Virus record (IMG/VR): IMGVR_UViG_3300007735_001031
Location: 8,349 to 72,348 of that record
DNA: 64,000 bases
Source: a virus
Strand: one strand, 5' to 3'
In this document: in pieces, positions 43,670-53,152 of the stretch
Position numbering within the stretch: the first letter of the stretch is position 1
How the letters are laid out: each line of letters starts with the position of its first letter
Notes under the pieces: model-generated
Seen by the model: only the letters and a program-made list of their open reading frames with translations
Databases searched by the model: none
What the model was told of the DNA's origin: nothing
Program-made: the position numbers and the translations under genes

Positions 43670-45534
43670 TAATCTTCCTCTCCTACGCCAATGTTTTTAA
43701 GCCGTTGTTGATTCGTTGGCTGAGTTGGGCCGGTTTCTTCTTGTTCTCTTTGTAAGTTATCGCCTCTTCTCTTATAGCCTTTGCACTGAGAAGGTGTTGG
43801 GCGGCATCTTGGATACTTAGATCTCTTCTCACCGCCTTGTCTGCCGCATGGCTTACATTTACCATCACGGCAAGTATTGCAATCAACCCAACCGCCTTTT
43901 TTGCCGGGGGCACCTTTGCGTTTAAACCAGTCGCCTAAGTTTGTTTCACTGGAAGGCTTACCGAGCTTACGTTCATCCAACTCAATCTCTTCGTTTTTCT
44001 TTCTACCTTGACAATGCGCTCTTTGAGAAAAGCCCTTTGGATTCTTACAGTCAATAGATTTTTTATATTTTTCAGACCATTTTTCGTCTAGCTCTTCTTC
44101 AGCTACAATATGTTTTTCTGTTTTTGCTTTCTTTGACTTCTGAAGTTTTTCTTGATCCTTGGAACCAAGCATCGTAGAAGCGGCGGCGGCAAGAGCCACG
44201 CCTTTTTTGGCTAGATGTTTTGCTTTAGAGTGTTTCTTTGTTTCTTCTAATTCTTCCTCTTCTTTTATGTTTTTCCAGATCTTTCCCTGACGGCATTTAA
44301 CAACAGCACCAGAAGCATAGGCAGAAGGCCAAGCATCATATTTACTCTTTGCTATTCTAGTACAACGATCTTCTTTGCCTTTTTTCTTTCCTTCTTCTAA
44401 TACTTCACCAAATTTAATTGTAATTTTTCTATTTTCGGATATTGTATTACCGAATTCTTGTTCAGCCTTGGCAATTGCAGCCATCTTTCTTTGTCCACCT
44501 TCATCAGTTCCGGCATACATTCTCATTGCTCTTTCTAAGTCGCCACCTTTAGCTTTTATGTTTTTGGCAATAGTAATAATAGATGCTTCAATTCCATATT
44601 TTGGAATCCAAATCATATAATGAGGAACACCAAGAATACTTTTAATATTATAACCCTCATATGTTGTAAGAGTTACGCCGCCCATTCCATAAGCAGTTGA
44701 GTTTGCTCTTATTGCAGCTTGGGGGTCTCCCTTTGATCTCATAGTTTGACTATAAATTCCAGTAGGAGTTAAACCAGACTCTCCTTTCATAACACCAATT
44801 GCAATATGTGGAGGCAGCCCGTATTTAGGAGCAATCTGTTTAATTAAATCAATTGATTGAGAGACCGTCCAACCGCTCACTGATGATTTATTTTCATCAA
44901 ATAATTTCCAAAGAAATTCTATATAACCATTAAATCCGCCAAATTTAGCAATCAATTCTTTTTTGCTTAATGACAAATCAGCTTTTGGATCGACTCCAGA
45001 TATATTAATAGAATCAGTTTGTTTGGCTTCGGGCTCTTTTTTCTTTTGTTCCTTGTCTTTAGAGTCTTCCTTTTCATCTCCATCAAAGGCAGATTTAATT
45101 TTTTCCCATGCAGAGCTACCAAAACTTTTTAAATCATCCAGCCAATCTTCTTCTAAAAGAGCTTGTTCTAATTCCTCTTTAATGATAGATTCTTTTAAGT
45201 GTTTAAAATATTGAACTTGTCTCTCTCTCTTCATTGCTCCCGCCTTTGATGAATAGCATCCTAAATTTCTTTTTGTCTTTTTAGAAAATAAACAATATTT
45301 TCCACCTTTTTTTCTAATAACTTCGTCTAGTTGTTCGGACTCTTCTATAGATCCACCGAATCCAGGAGGAGCTGACTTGCCCATTTTGTAGTCAGGCTTT
45401 TCTTTATAAGGACTTCCACCGCTACTTGCCTTTTGGCCACCTTTAGATAATAAACGAAGTTTCCATTTTTTATAGTTTTTTCCAACTATTTTCTGAAATT
45501 GGCTATCCGCTTTTGGAACCTGCTGATTATCCAT
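43669..45534 (-). CDS. mosaic protein: SLT-like lytic transglycosylase plus several basic Cys-rich modules
   Basis: APKYGLPP...GVMKGESG and AYGMG motifs; modules separated by L(D/E)E spacers. Confidence 0.7.
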   Translation of the reverse strand: MDNQQVPKADSQFQKIVGKNYKKWKLRLLSKGGQKASSGGSPYKEKPDYKMGKSAPPGFGGSIEESEQLDEVIRKKGGKYCLFSKKTKRNLGCYSSKAGAMKRERQVQYFKHLKESIIKEELEQALLEEDWLDDLKSFGSSAWEKIKSAFDGDEKEDSKDKEQKKKEPEAKQTDSINISGVDPKADLSLSKKELIAKFGGFNGYIEFLWKLFDENKSSVSGWTVSQSIDLIKQIAPKYGLPPHIAIGVMKGESGLTPTGIYSQTMRSKGDPQAAIRANSTAYGMGGVTLTTYEGYNIKSILGVPHYMIWIPKYGIEASIITIAKNIKAKGGDLERAMRMYAGTDEGGQRKMAAIAKAEQEFGNTISENRKITIKFGEVLEEGKKKGKEDRCTRIAKSKYDAWPSAYASGAVVKCRQGKIWKNIKEEEELEETKKHSKAKHLAKKGVALAAAASTMLGSKDQEKLQKSKKAKTEKHIVAEEELDEKWSEKYKKSIDCKNPKGFSQRAHCQGRKKNEEIELDERKLGKPSSETNLGDWFKRKGAPGKKGGWVDCNTCRDGKCKPCGRQGGEKRSKYPRCRPTPSQCKGYKRRGDNLQREQEETGPTQPTNQQRLKNIGVGEED

Positions 45535-45537
45535 TAA

Positions 45538-45903
45538 CTAAACCTCGTATTGTTTCCAGGCATATTTCTTTCTTTTTTGGAAATAAGAAATTTCATTTTG
45601 GTGTTCAAAAGCCTCTTGTTCAAATGGATTTTGAAAGTATGCTCTTCTTCTATCCTTATACTTAATTAGACCTTTAATATAGTAATAAGCATACATGGCC
45701 CATTGTCCTAGGAAATACAATTCTTTTTGTTGGACGTAGTGTATAAGTTCATGTCTTTTTGTTTTTTGAGATAACTTCTCAGCCGAAATAATCCAAATAG
45801 CAAATGAGATTGCTATGATATTTAAGTTAAATATTTTTGATAGATAAGAGGGGATCTTTGAATTTTCTATGATTATTGGTAATTTCATACATAAGCCCTC
45901 CAA
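45538..45903 (-). CDS. small HExxH metallopeptidase-like protein
   Basis: RHELIH..Q and NPFEQEA. Confidence 0.75.
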   Translation of the reverse strand: MEGLCMKLPIIIENSKIPSYLSKIFNLNIIAISFAIWIISAEKLSQKTKRHELIHYVQQKELYFLGQWAMYAYYYIKGLIKYKDRRRAYFQNPFEQEAFEHQNEISYFQKRKKYAWKQYEV

Positions 45904-45909
45904 ATTAAA

Positions 45910-47088
45910 TTAAGCAACTTGTGAAGTTGATTGTTGTGGTTCTGTTTTAACGGTTGAAACAATTTCTGGATATATTCCTCTTCTGTTCATTATACAATTT
46001 TTTGCTTTTGGATCCTGTTTACAATTACGTATCTTTTCAACAATATAATCTCTTACTTCTGGAACAGGTGTTCCTTTTGTTGCTTGCTCTATTTGATAGG
46101 CTAAATTTTCATATTCTTCTGGTGTCGCATATGATTGTAGAATAACATAATAATTTGGATCACCTAAATTTGGAATCTCTCCTCTTTGTATCTTCCCTTC
46201 CTTCTTTATTCTTTGAAGTATTTTAGCAAACCAGAATTTCATTGGACGATAATATCGTTGTTGAGATTCCGAACGAGAAAGAACATACGGGAGTTGATAT
46301 TCTGTTTTTTGAACATTTAACATGTCCTTAACTTTTTCATATTGTTCTGGTCTTTCTTTTTTAAAGCTTGGTAAAATTATTTGTCCAAGATTTGAAAGTT
46401 CATCATATATATTTTTCTTATCCTTTTCAAGATTCTGCACCCTATAACCTCTGCCCAAACCATATCCTCGTGATGTTGCTACATCCATCTGAGCTTCCGC
46501 ATTTAATCTTCCAGCGCTTGGTCCATCATTAATGCAGTGTCCTAATTCGTGAACGATTGTTTGAAGAGGATCTTTGTCCGCTTTTCTTAGCGCTGGAAAA
46601 TTAATAAATAAAGTATCAACAGCTGGTTTATATACTCCAAATCGCCCCTCTAGTTCACTATTCTTGGAAATTTTTAATGGCTTTGGTCTCCAATATAAAG
46701 AACCGCCAACACCATATGCTTTATTTTTTCTTATTTTTTGAGCATCTACCCACACCTTTTGCCACCCACCTGGAAATAAATTTGTAGGATATAGAGCATT
46801 TAAATATTTTGGAAGATCAATTATTATTGTTGTTCCATCTGGTGATTTTTCAAGTCCCAATAGTTGATTTTCAATTTCATCGCTCATTATATGAACGAAA
46901 GTTCCATGTTGGTCTGAGTTAGGATTATTAATCGGATCTTTCTTTGGGTCCTTTGAAACAGCGGGCTGCTTGGATATCGTTGGAGCGGTTGTCGTTTTAG
47001 GCGTTGCTAAATAATTACCTTGTTCTGCGGGAGAACCTTCTTCTTCTTTTAATAAGAATTTTATCCAATTCTCATACAAAATTTTCAT
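45910..47088 (-). CDS. HExxH zincin-like protein with N-terminal leader
   Basis: MKILYENWIKFLLKE; G.Y, IVHELGH. Confidence 0.7.
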   Translation of the reverse strand: MKILYENWIKFLLKEEEGSPAEQGNYLATPKTTTAPTISKQPAVSKDPKKDPINNPNSDQHGTFVHIMSDEIENQLLGLEKSPDGTTIIIDLPKYLNALYPTNLFPGGWQKVWVDAQKIRKNKAYGVGGSLYWRPKPLKISKNSELEGRFGVYKPAVDTLFINFPALRKADKDPLQTIVHELGHCINDGPSAGRLNAEAQMDVATSRGYGLGRGYRVQNLEKDKKNIYDELSNLGQIILPSFKKERPEQYEKVKDMLNVQKTEYQLPYVLSRSESQQRYYRPMKFWFAKILQRIKKEGKIQRGEIPNLGDPNYYVILQSYATPEEYENLAYQIEQATKGTPVPEVRDYIVEKIRNCKQDPKAKNCIMNRRGIYPEIVSTVKTEPQQSTSQVA

Positions 47089-47115
47089 TTTCCTCTCCAA
47101 AACAAAAAACAAAAA

Positions 47116-47145
47116 AGCCACCAAACTAAATAGTTCAGTGGCTTC
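47116..47145 (-). terminator. intrinsic terminator with ACTATTTA in the loop
   Basis: aagccac/gtggctt stem followed by a long U-rich tract on the minus strand. Confidence 0.65.
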
Positions 47146-47157
47146 TTAAAGGGTCTA

Positions 47158-47670
47158 TTAGACTATGATGAAAGGTATTTTTCGTCTTGCGGCAAACCAA
47201 TCAGGTATTTTATTTTTTGGATATCTCATTTTTTCTTTTGTAGAATAATAGTCTCGGTATGATTTTACAGGATTATTTGACTTAAATTCATCCGGCATAG
47301 CAAGACGAAGTGGTGTAGGATTTACATTTGAAAACTTTTTGGCGTCATATGTTCCACACATTTCAATCAATCTATCATAGCACTTATGCTTCTTCTTAAA
47401 ACGCTCTTCATACTCTTCATTTAGAGCAAGAGCATGAACCATAAGAGCGCCCCAATTGGCAGAGCTTTCAGCAGTCCAAATAGTAGAAGGGTGTTTGGCA
47501 TGATTGGGTTTGTATGGTCCTGGCATACCATTTAGTTGTAATGCTGTAGAAAGTAGTTGGGTGCTTTCTAATAGCATTTTAACTGTCCGCAGATTGTCCT
47601 GTGTTCTGCCAGATTGATACCAATCAATAGTTCCAGTTGTTTCATCACCCTCAATAGCAAAAATATTCAT
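47158..47670 (-). CDS. pyrimidine-dimer DNA glycosylase family (DenV-related)
   Basis: MNIF, VKMLLE..QLLST, H.KHP...W, EY..RF...H, AMP, YR.YY. Confidence 0.85.
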   Translation of the reverse strand: MNIFAIEGDETTGTIDWYQSGRTQDNLRTVKMLLESTQLLSTALQLNGMPGPYKPNHAKHPSTIWTAESSANWGALMVHALALNEEYEERFKKKHKCYDRLIEMCGTYDAKKFSNVNPTPLRLAMPDEFKSNNPVKSYRDYYSTKEKMRYPKNKIPDWFAARRKIPFIIV

Positions 47671-48056
47671 TATTCCTCAATCCAAACACGTAGTAATAAA
47701 CGATCGCCAACTGGCCCTTTCCGAGCATGGCGAATGTTTCTGTTGTTCATGATGATAGCCTGTCCCTCTTTTAGTGTCAATTCAATTTCTTGACCCTCAA
47801 CCTCTAAAAGAGTTTTTGACTCTCCACCTCTAATACAATAAAGCCCGACATAATCAATGCTATGCTTGGCAGCAATATCTTTTGAGTAATCACCATCCCT
47901 ATGGAATGGTAAATCAACATCTCTTCTGCTACCTCGCCCCTCTGAATCAAAAACTCCAACCAAAGATGTTTCAATTGGTTTGCCGAGTTTTAACATTTCA
48001 AGGATAAATTTATCTGCCGTAATATTTTCATAAACATAAAAAGTATTAATCATCAA
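47670..48056 (-). CDS. minimal TauD/TfdA-like Fe(II)/2OG dioxygenase fold
   Basis: PFHRDG, VGLYC..GG.S, NN...HAR...RLLLRVW. Confidence 0.75.
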   Translation of the reverse strand: MMINTFYVYENITADKFILEMLKLGKPIETSLVGVFDSEGRGSRRDVDLPFHRDGDYSKDIAAKHSIDYVGLYCIRGGESKTLLEVEGQEIELTLKEGQAIIMNNRNIRHARKGPVGDRLLLRVWIEE

Positions 48057-49060
48057 TCACCCATATCAAAATCGTGTGGAGTATATGAGAATGAAACTCT
48101 TATATCTTCTGATGCTAATTGTTTCTTCGTCCAATAAACAAAATCGGATTCTGAATCAAATGATAGGATTTCTCCATTAAATTTAACTTTCCATGCTTCA
48201 ACTTTATTTAGAATATCAACCTTATTCATAACGACTCTACTAACACCATTCATTCTAGCCGCTTTCATAACGAGGTTCCAATCAAGCCAATTACACTGAC
48301 GCTTTCTACCTGTTGTTGCCCCGAATTCTTGTCCTTCTTGTTGAATCCTATTAAAAATTTCGTCTTCTGGTTGAAATTTCTTTGCTCCAACATAGGTTTC
48401 GTATGCTTTAATGATTCCATAAACTTTATTGATATGTCTGTGATTAAAACCGTTATTTAAAATTGATCCAATGCCACAATGGCTAGAAGTTACATAAGGA
48501 TAATCGCCCCAATCAATATCTAACCCGAATGCTTGCGCTCCCTCGGCAAGAATTTTAAAAGTAGAATTATCTTGCTCATAAAACTCTTGGTAGATATCAA
48601 TTAAATAAGAGTTTAATAAATCAATTTCTTCTGCTCTAACGCCATTTCTGGCGTATTTATCACGATAGCATGGACCATTGCCAGTTCTGGTTGTTCCAAT
48701 TGAAGTATCAGTTCCGTCTTCGTTTAAATGATCATCTGTAATAATATGAGCGTTCTTAGAAATATAAACAAGGCCTTCTGTTTTAATTCCATTATCTTCA
48801 AGATAATCAATTTCACGGAAGAATTTTTCTACATCAACCACGCAGCCAGGACCAATAATAGATTTTACACCAAAAAATACTCCAGAAGGGATTAAGTGAG
48901 TAATTAGTTTTTTACCATTATGATAAATGGTATGACCAGCATTTCCGCCGCCATTAAACCTAATAACATGAGTATATAGACCATCTTTTAATAGTGAATG
49001 GCATACTTTACCCTTACCTTCATCTCCATATTGAAGACCTAAAACCGCATCAACTTTCAT
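48053..49060 (-). CDS. purA: adenylosuccinate synthetase (short form)
   Basis: QYGDEGKGK, GG.NAGHT, EGAQ, YPYVTSS, GATTGR.R, NKVD. Confidence 0.92.
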   Translation of the reverse strand: MKVDAVLGLQYGDEGKGKVCHSLLKDGLYTHVIRFNGGGNAGHTIYHNGKKLITHLIPSGVFFGVKSIIGPGCVVDVEKFFREIDYLEDNGIKTEGLVYISKNAHIITDDHLNEDGTDTSIGTTRTGNGPCYRDKYARNGVRAEEIDLLNSYLIDIYQEFYEQDNSTFKILAEGAQAFGLDIDWGDYPYVTSSHCGIGSILNNGFNHRHINKVYGIIKAYETYVGAKKFQPEDEIFNRIQQEGQEFGATTGRKRQCNWLDWNLVMKAARMNGVSRVVMNKVDILNKVEAWKVKFNGEILSFDSESDFVYWTKKQLASEDIRVSFSYTPHDFDMGD

Positions 49061-49069
49061 AATCCACCT

Positions 49070-50035
49070 TTAAATAAATTGCTTATTGGCCTTTGAGCTG
49101 AAATCTTCTAATGAAATACAGCCAGAATAAGATAAGCCGCTCTTTATACCTCTTAAAATTACATCTACAGTTTCCGCTAATGATTGTTCTTTTAGGGGAA
49201 CAAGAATTTCCTTTCCCTCTGAGACAGAGACATAGCCTCTCCAATCTTTTTGTGCGCTAGCTGAAGCCATACCTCTAAACTTCTTGTAGAGAGAGTTATT
49301 ATGATTAATGATTTCACCTGGAGATTCTTTGTGTCCAGAAAGCATGGAACCGAGCATAACCATATCTGCTCCACAAGCAAGAGCCTTCACAATATCTCCG
49401 CTATCTCTAAAGCCACCATCAGCAACAATCAAAGCATTTCTGTCTGTTTCAGAGCAGCGAATAACAGACTCTAGTGTTGGTAAGCCAAAACCAGTTTTGT
49501 TTCTGGTCTCACACACAGTTCCGCCTGAAACCCCAACGCGGATAAGATCCGCACCAGCGTCGGCTAAGAAATTAAAACCATCAAGGTCAGCTACATTTCC
49601 AGCCATAATCAAAATGTTTTCGTCTTTTTCTTTTAAAGAAAAAATGGCGTTAGCTACATTTTGATGATAGCCGTGAGCCACATCAATACAAAACATTCTA
49701 CAACCAACACTATAAAGAGCGTCAAATCTTTCTAGATAGTCGCCAGTCGCTCCAATAGCACAAAAAACACCGGTATTATCTTTTACTGATAGATATTCTT
49801 TGACTTGATCTTTAATTGTCATGTATCTATGTAGCACGGCAGAACTACCAGATTGGCGCATAATATCTGCCACTTCTGCCGATACGACTGTATCCATACA
49901 AGAAGCTATAATTGGGGTTTTAATGTGGCTCTTGTTTGTTAGTCTTGGCGTTAAATCAACACTGTGTCTTGTATTAATCTCACTGTAGCTAGGAATTAAA
50001 TACATATCGTCAAAATTTACAACTTTCTTTCTCAT
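49070..50035 (-). CDS. IMP dehydrogenase/GMP reductase family, no CBS domains
   Basis: MDTV, IDVAHG, AGNVA, GGTVCETR, ADGG, FRGMAS. Confidence 0.92.
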   Translation of the reverse strand: MRKKVVNFDDMYLIPSYSEINTRHSVDLTPRLTNKSHIKTPIIASCMDTVVSAEVADIMRQSGSSAVLHRYMTIKDQVKEYLSVKDNTGVFCAIGATGDYLERFDALYSVGCRMFCIDVAHGYHQNVANAIFSLKEKDENILIMAGNVADLDGFNFLADAGADLIRVGVSGGTVCETRNKTGFGLPTLESVIRCSETDRNALIVADGGFRDSGDIVKALACGADMVMLGSMLSGHKESPGEIINHNNSLYKKFRGMASASAQKDWRGYVSVSEGKEILVPLKEQSLAETVDVILRGIKSGLSYSGCISLEDFSSKANKQFI

Positions 50036-50301
50036 TGTTCCTCAATAAATCCAATAATAGCGTTCTCTGGAATTACCTTCCATTTTTCTTTTCTAAATTC
50101 AAATTTCTGAACCATTGTAGAAAAGACAACGGCGGTTCTGTTAACGAGATTATCGTTGGCTCCAAATGGCACGCTTAAGATTCTAACGGCAATTAGATCG
50201 CCATTAGTCTGCTGATCCCAGAGAAAATTTGGGGTTTCTTGTTCATCTTTAGCAGATACTTGTTCTACTAGAAAGTATCCGTTGTGTGGTTTAAATAACA
50301 T
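50032..50301 (-). CDS. GroES-like co-chaperonin
   Basis: FKP.N.Y.LVE N-terminus and VI.E..IIG C-terminus; 89 aa. Confidence 0.55.
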   Translation of the reverse strand: MLFKPHNGYFLVEQVSAKDEQETPNFLWDQQTNGDLIAVRILSVPFGANDNLVNRTAVVFSTMVQKFEFRKEKWKVIPENAIIGFIEEQ

Positions 50302-50543
50302 TAATCCTCCTGTTCAGGCATCATATCAAACATTTCTGTTAGTTGTTCCATATCTGTATTATCTTTACGAAGACGATAAGCCTTTAGTGCGGTCTTGATC
50401 TCTTCTTTGGTTAGCCAGCCATTCTCTAGATACGACTTACGAAGATCGGTTTTTTGCTCCTTAAACGGCTTCATGGCTTCGTCCAAGGCGGCAATAGACG
50501 TAACGTAATCAACAACGCGCTCTTCTTTTGACTTCTCACTCAT
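50301..50543 (-). CDS. DsbA/GapR-like dsDNA-binding protein
   Basis: Helical hairpin, KEQKTDL...EIKTALKAYRLRK. Confidence 0.5.
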   Translation of the reverse strand: MSEKSKEERVVDYVTSIAALDEAMKPFKEQKTDLRKSYLENGWLTKEEIKTALKAYRLRKDNTDMEQLTEMFDMMPEQED

Positions 50544-50544
50544 A

Positions 50545-50796
50545 TTATACCTCATACTCCATTTCTTGTTGGACGACTTCGGCTGTCGTCGTAGCCCAAT
50601 TAAAGATTCTGAAATCTTTTGCTTCCAGATCATACACCATTTCTGATCCTTCCGCAAGTTTCTTTTTCTTTGATTCTTTGTCTGGTGTTAGACCAATCTT
50701 GTTCTTTTGTTCCTCAGTCATATCAGAGATTTTAAGGAACTTCATTTCTCTTTCTTCGCCGTTTTGTTTTAGAAATTTACCAACTCTAATTAACAT
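50545..50796 (-). CDS. WYL_2/SH3-like small protein
   Basis: F.K.NGE.R.M ... VYDLEAKDFR.F. Confidence 0.7.
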   Translation of the reverse strand: MLIRVGKFLKQNGEEREMKFLKISDMTEEQKNKIGLTPDKESKKKKLAEGSEMVYDLEAKDFRIFNWATTTAEVVQQEMEYEV

Positions 50797-51259
50797 TTTG
50801 TTCTCCCTGAATTGTTCTTGCTAATAAAATAATGTTTCTATGACTCTGCATGGCATACTCTTCCGACTCCATGTAGACCTCGGACTTGCTTTGCTCGGAC
50901 AAGAATGAACAGTTGTCCATATCTGCTTCTATCTCATCTTTTGGAATATCAAATATGTTGGCCAAATGAAAATGAAGCAGACAAGCATTGCGCTCCTGCT
51001 TCTTCGAATTAAATAGATTCAATTCTAATCCGTAATTATTAAGTGAATATTGTTCAGGTTTTTCTACCACTAGATAATGGGCAATTTCATGAGCTAAATC
51101 AATTGCTCTAACTTTATCCCAAATAGCAAGCTTACCAGTTCTGCCTGACCAATAACAACCACCTTGGCCATTACCGCGATCAATTCTGCCGCCACGGTAG
51201 ATTTCATAAGGAATATTTGCTCTTGATGCTAGTTTGAAAAATTTATCTGCTGGACTCAT
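50786..51259 (-). CDS. HExxH metallopeptidase-like (ImmA/IrrE-like)
   Basis: LAHEIAH, downstream E..A. Confidence 0.65.
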   Translation of the reverse strand: MSPADKFFKLASRANIPYEIYRGGRIDRGNGQGGCYWSGRTGKLAIWDKVRAIDLAHEIAHYLVVEKPEQYSLNNYGLELNLFNSKKQERNACLLHFHLANIFDIPKDEIEADMDNCSFLSEQSKSEVYMESEEYAMQSHRNIILLARTIQGEQNVN

Positions 51260-51282
51260 GACACCTCACATGTAGAGGCACC

Positions 51283-51311
51283 AGTGTAGCAGGGGGGTAG
51301 TTGTGTGTCAA
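51283..51311 (-). promoter_or_regulatory. sigma70 promoter
   Basis: TTGACA-N17-TACACT. Confidence 0.75.
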
Positions 51312-51321
51312 GGGAGACACC

Positions 51322-51570
51322 TTAATCGGCGTTTTCGATATTAAAAACTTTTCTTTCTAATCTTTCTATTCTTTTCTCAAGTTTATCCACTTCTTCAAAC
51401 TTAGTTAAGAGCCTTTCTAAAATAACTTTAATAGAGGAGATCTCTGTCTGTAGATTTACTTTGATTGATGAAATATCTGAATGTAGTTTCCAGCTTGTTC
51501 CTACCAAAGTTATAAGAAAAGCTGCTACTGCCACCATATCACTTATGCTCATACTTATTGCTCCTGTCAT
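51322..51570 (-). CDS. small membrane/coiled-coil protein (holin-like topology)
   Basis: One TM segment plus coiled coil; ACTATTTA upstream. Confidence 0.55.
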   Translation of the reverse strand: MTGAISMSISDMVAVAAFLITLVGTSWKLHSDISSIKVNLQTEISSIKVILERLLTKFEEVDKLEKRIERLERKVFNIENAD

Positions 51571-51584
51571 ATGATAAATAGTAT

Positions 51585-53123
51585 CTACTGTTGTTCGAAC
51601 CAGTTGATGCCTATTTCGCCAGATATTTGACCAGAGGTCTTTATAGCTACCACAATAATTTCGCCAGCATTATTTACAAACTCTTCTGGAGTTAAATCAA
51701 TAGTTTGAGCCGAGTTTGCGCCAATGCTAAATACTAATTGTGGATTTTTTCCAGTAGTAGAAAAACTTAGAGGTGAAGCAGAAAAATCCGCTATTGAACA
51801 AATGCTGTTATTACTATTTATGTCAACAAAGTTGATTGGATTGTTACCCAAGTTGACATCTTTAAAAAACGCAACTGTCAATGTCTTTGCGGTTGATTCG
51901 TTTGATGCTGCTATTCTTAAAATATCAAACTCTCCATAACTCGTTTGACTATTGAAAACATCGTTTGCTTTTATCGCAAATAGAGCAAGATAAGTGGAAC
52001 TATTAACACTTGAAAATGTTGTAGAATAAGCAAATCTTGGATCTAATTTTCTAATTTCACCTTCAGTAAATACAGCCATGCTTAATGTTTTTGGAGATAC
52101 TGATGTTGTTGCTCCAATATTTGCGCTAACTATTCTTGTGCTTGCCTGTGGATTCTTTAGCACCGGAGTTGTTCTAGCGTTGGCATTTTTAATCATGTGA
52201 ACTGGAACCACTCTTCCAGTTTCTGGATTCTCAACCGCAAAAAAGGCATTACCAAAGCCGAGATACTGGAATCCAATTTGATAAACATTACCCTTTTGTG
52301 GATTTATAGTCATACCACTTGGATTTGGACCACCACTAGCGCCGCCATCTAGCCTGTCAATATTCCAAGCAGATTGAGAAACAAATGTTTGTGTTCCTGC
52401 CGATCCTACGGCAATAGAAGAAAATGTTCCAACAATCGAGTTATTGGCAACACTATAAGCACCACCAAGAGAACCTGCTCTTGAACTAATAAAGAATACC
52501 GAACTACTGACAGCATCAGCAATCCATCCTGTGCCAACATTAGAGTAATCGTATTGTGCTAATAAATATGCTGTTTGAACAGTATTACTAGCTCCAGTCA
52601 TTGGCACAGAAACAGAAACGCCATTTAATGTAACAGTGGTATTTCCTGTTCCCGCGCCAGTTGTTATTGTAAGCTTTCTTATTTCTCTTTGTGAAGTTTC
52701 GTTGTGAATAATACCAAAGCTAGTTCCATAATAAGCAAAATAATAACCAGATTCAGCATTTCCAAGTCCAGCAGCCTGCACATTGCCAGATATAGCTGTA
52801 TCAAATATACAAGTTAATCTTGCCAAAGAGCCCATTCCGGGTCTATATTTTAGATTTCTTCTTAAGGCAAGATCGGCAGAACCAGTAACATTTATTCCAG
52901 AATTTATAGAAGCGATACCGTTTGCTTGAGTAACTGTTCCACCATTATATACTAGGGTTTTAAAAACATTAGGATTAATATTATAAATAAAATCGCCTTG
53001 ACCGGCTGGACTTAACTCGGATACAGAAAGTTCGTTGAAAGAAGTTAGCGGCTCGCCGGACGGAGTAGCGATATCTGCTGTTATATCATATGGAGAGCGC
53101 CGCTTAACATTAAAACTAGCCAT
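51585..53123 (-). CDS. putative virion structural protein
   Basis: YRPG, WN.D.LDG, Y.I.FQYLG.G motifs; beta-rich; ACTAATTA upstream. Confidence 0.65.
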   Translation of the reverse strand: MASFNVKRRSPYDITADIATPSGEPLTSFNELSVSELSPAGQGDFIYNINPNVFKTLVYNGGTVTQANGIASINSGINVTGSADLALRRNLKYRPGMGSLARLTCIFDTAISGNVQAAGLGNAESGYYFAYYGTSFGIIHNETSQREIRKLTITTGAGTGNTTVTLNGVSVSVPMTGASNTVQTAYLLAQYDYSNVGTGWIADAVSSSVFFISSRAGSLGGAYSVANNSIVGTFSSIAVGSAGTQTFVSQSAWNIDRLDGGASGGPNPSGMTINPQKGNVYQIGFQYLGFGNAFFAVENPETGRVVPVHMIKNANARTTPVLKNPQASTRIVSANIGATTSVSPKTLSMAVFTEGEIRKLDPRFAYSTTFSSVNSSTYLALFAIKANDVFNSQTSYGEFDILRIAASNESTAKTLTVAFFKDVNLGNNPINFVDINSNNSICSIADFSASPLSFSTTGKNPQLVFSIGANSAQTIDLTPEEFVNNAGEIIVVAIKTSGQISGEIGINWFEQQ

Positions 53124-53152
53124 TTAGTATCCCCTCGGATACTAGTAATTAG

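Noticed and set aside
48053-49060. PurZ (2-aminoadenine genome) pathway
   Set aside because: The enzyme keeps the catalytic Asp (GDEGKG) and a GTP-type NKVD motif as in PurA; PurZ has Ser at that position. No DatZ/MazZ-like neighbour was recognised.
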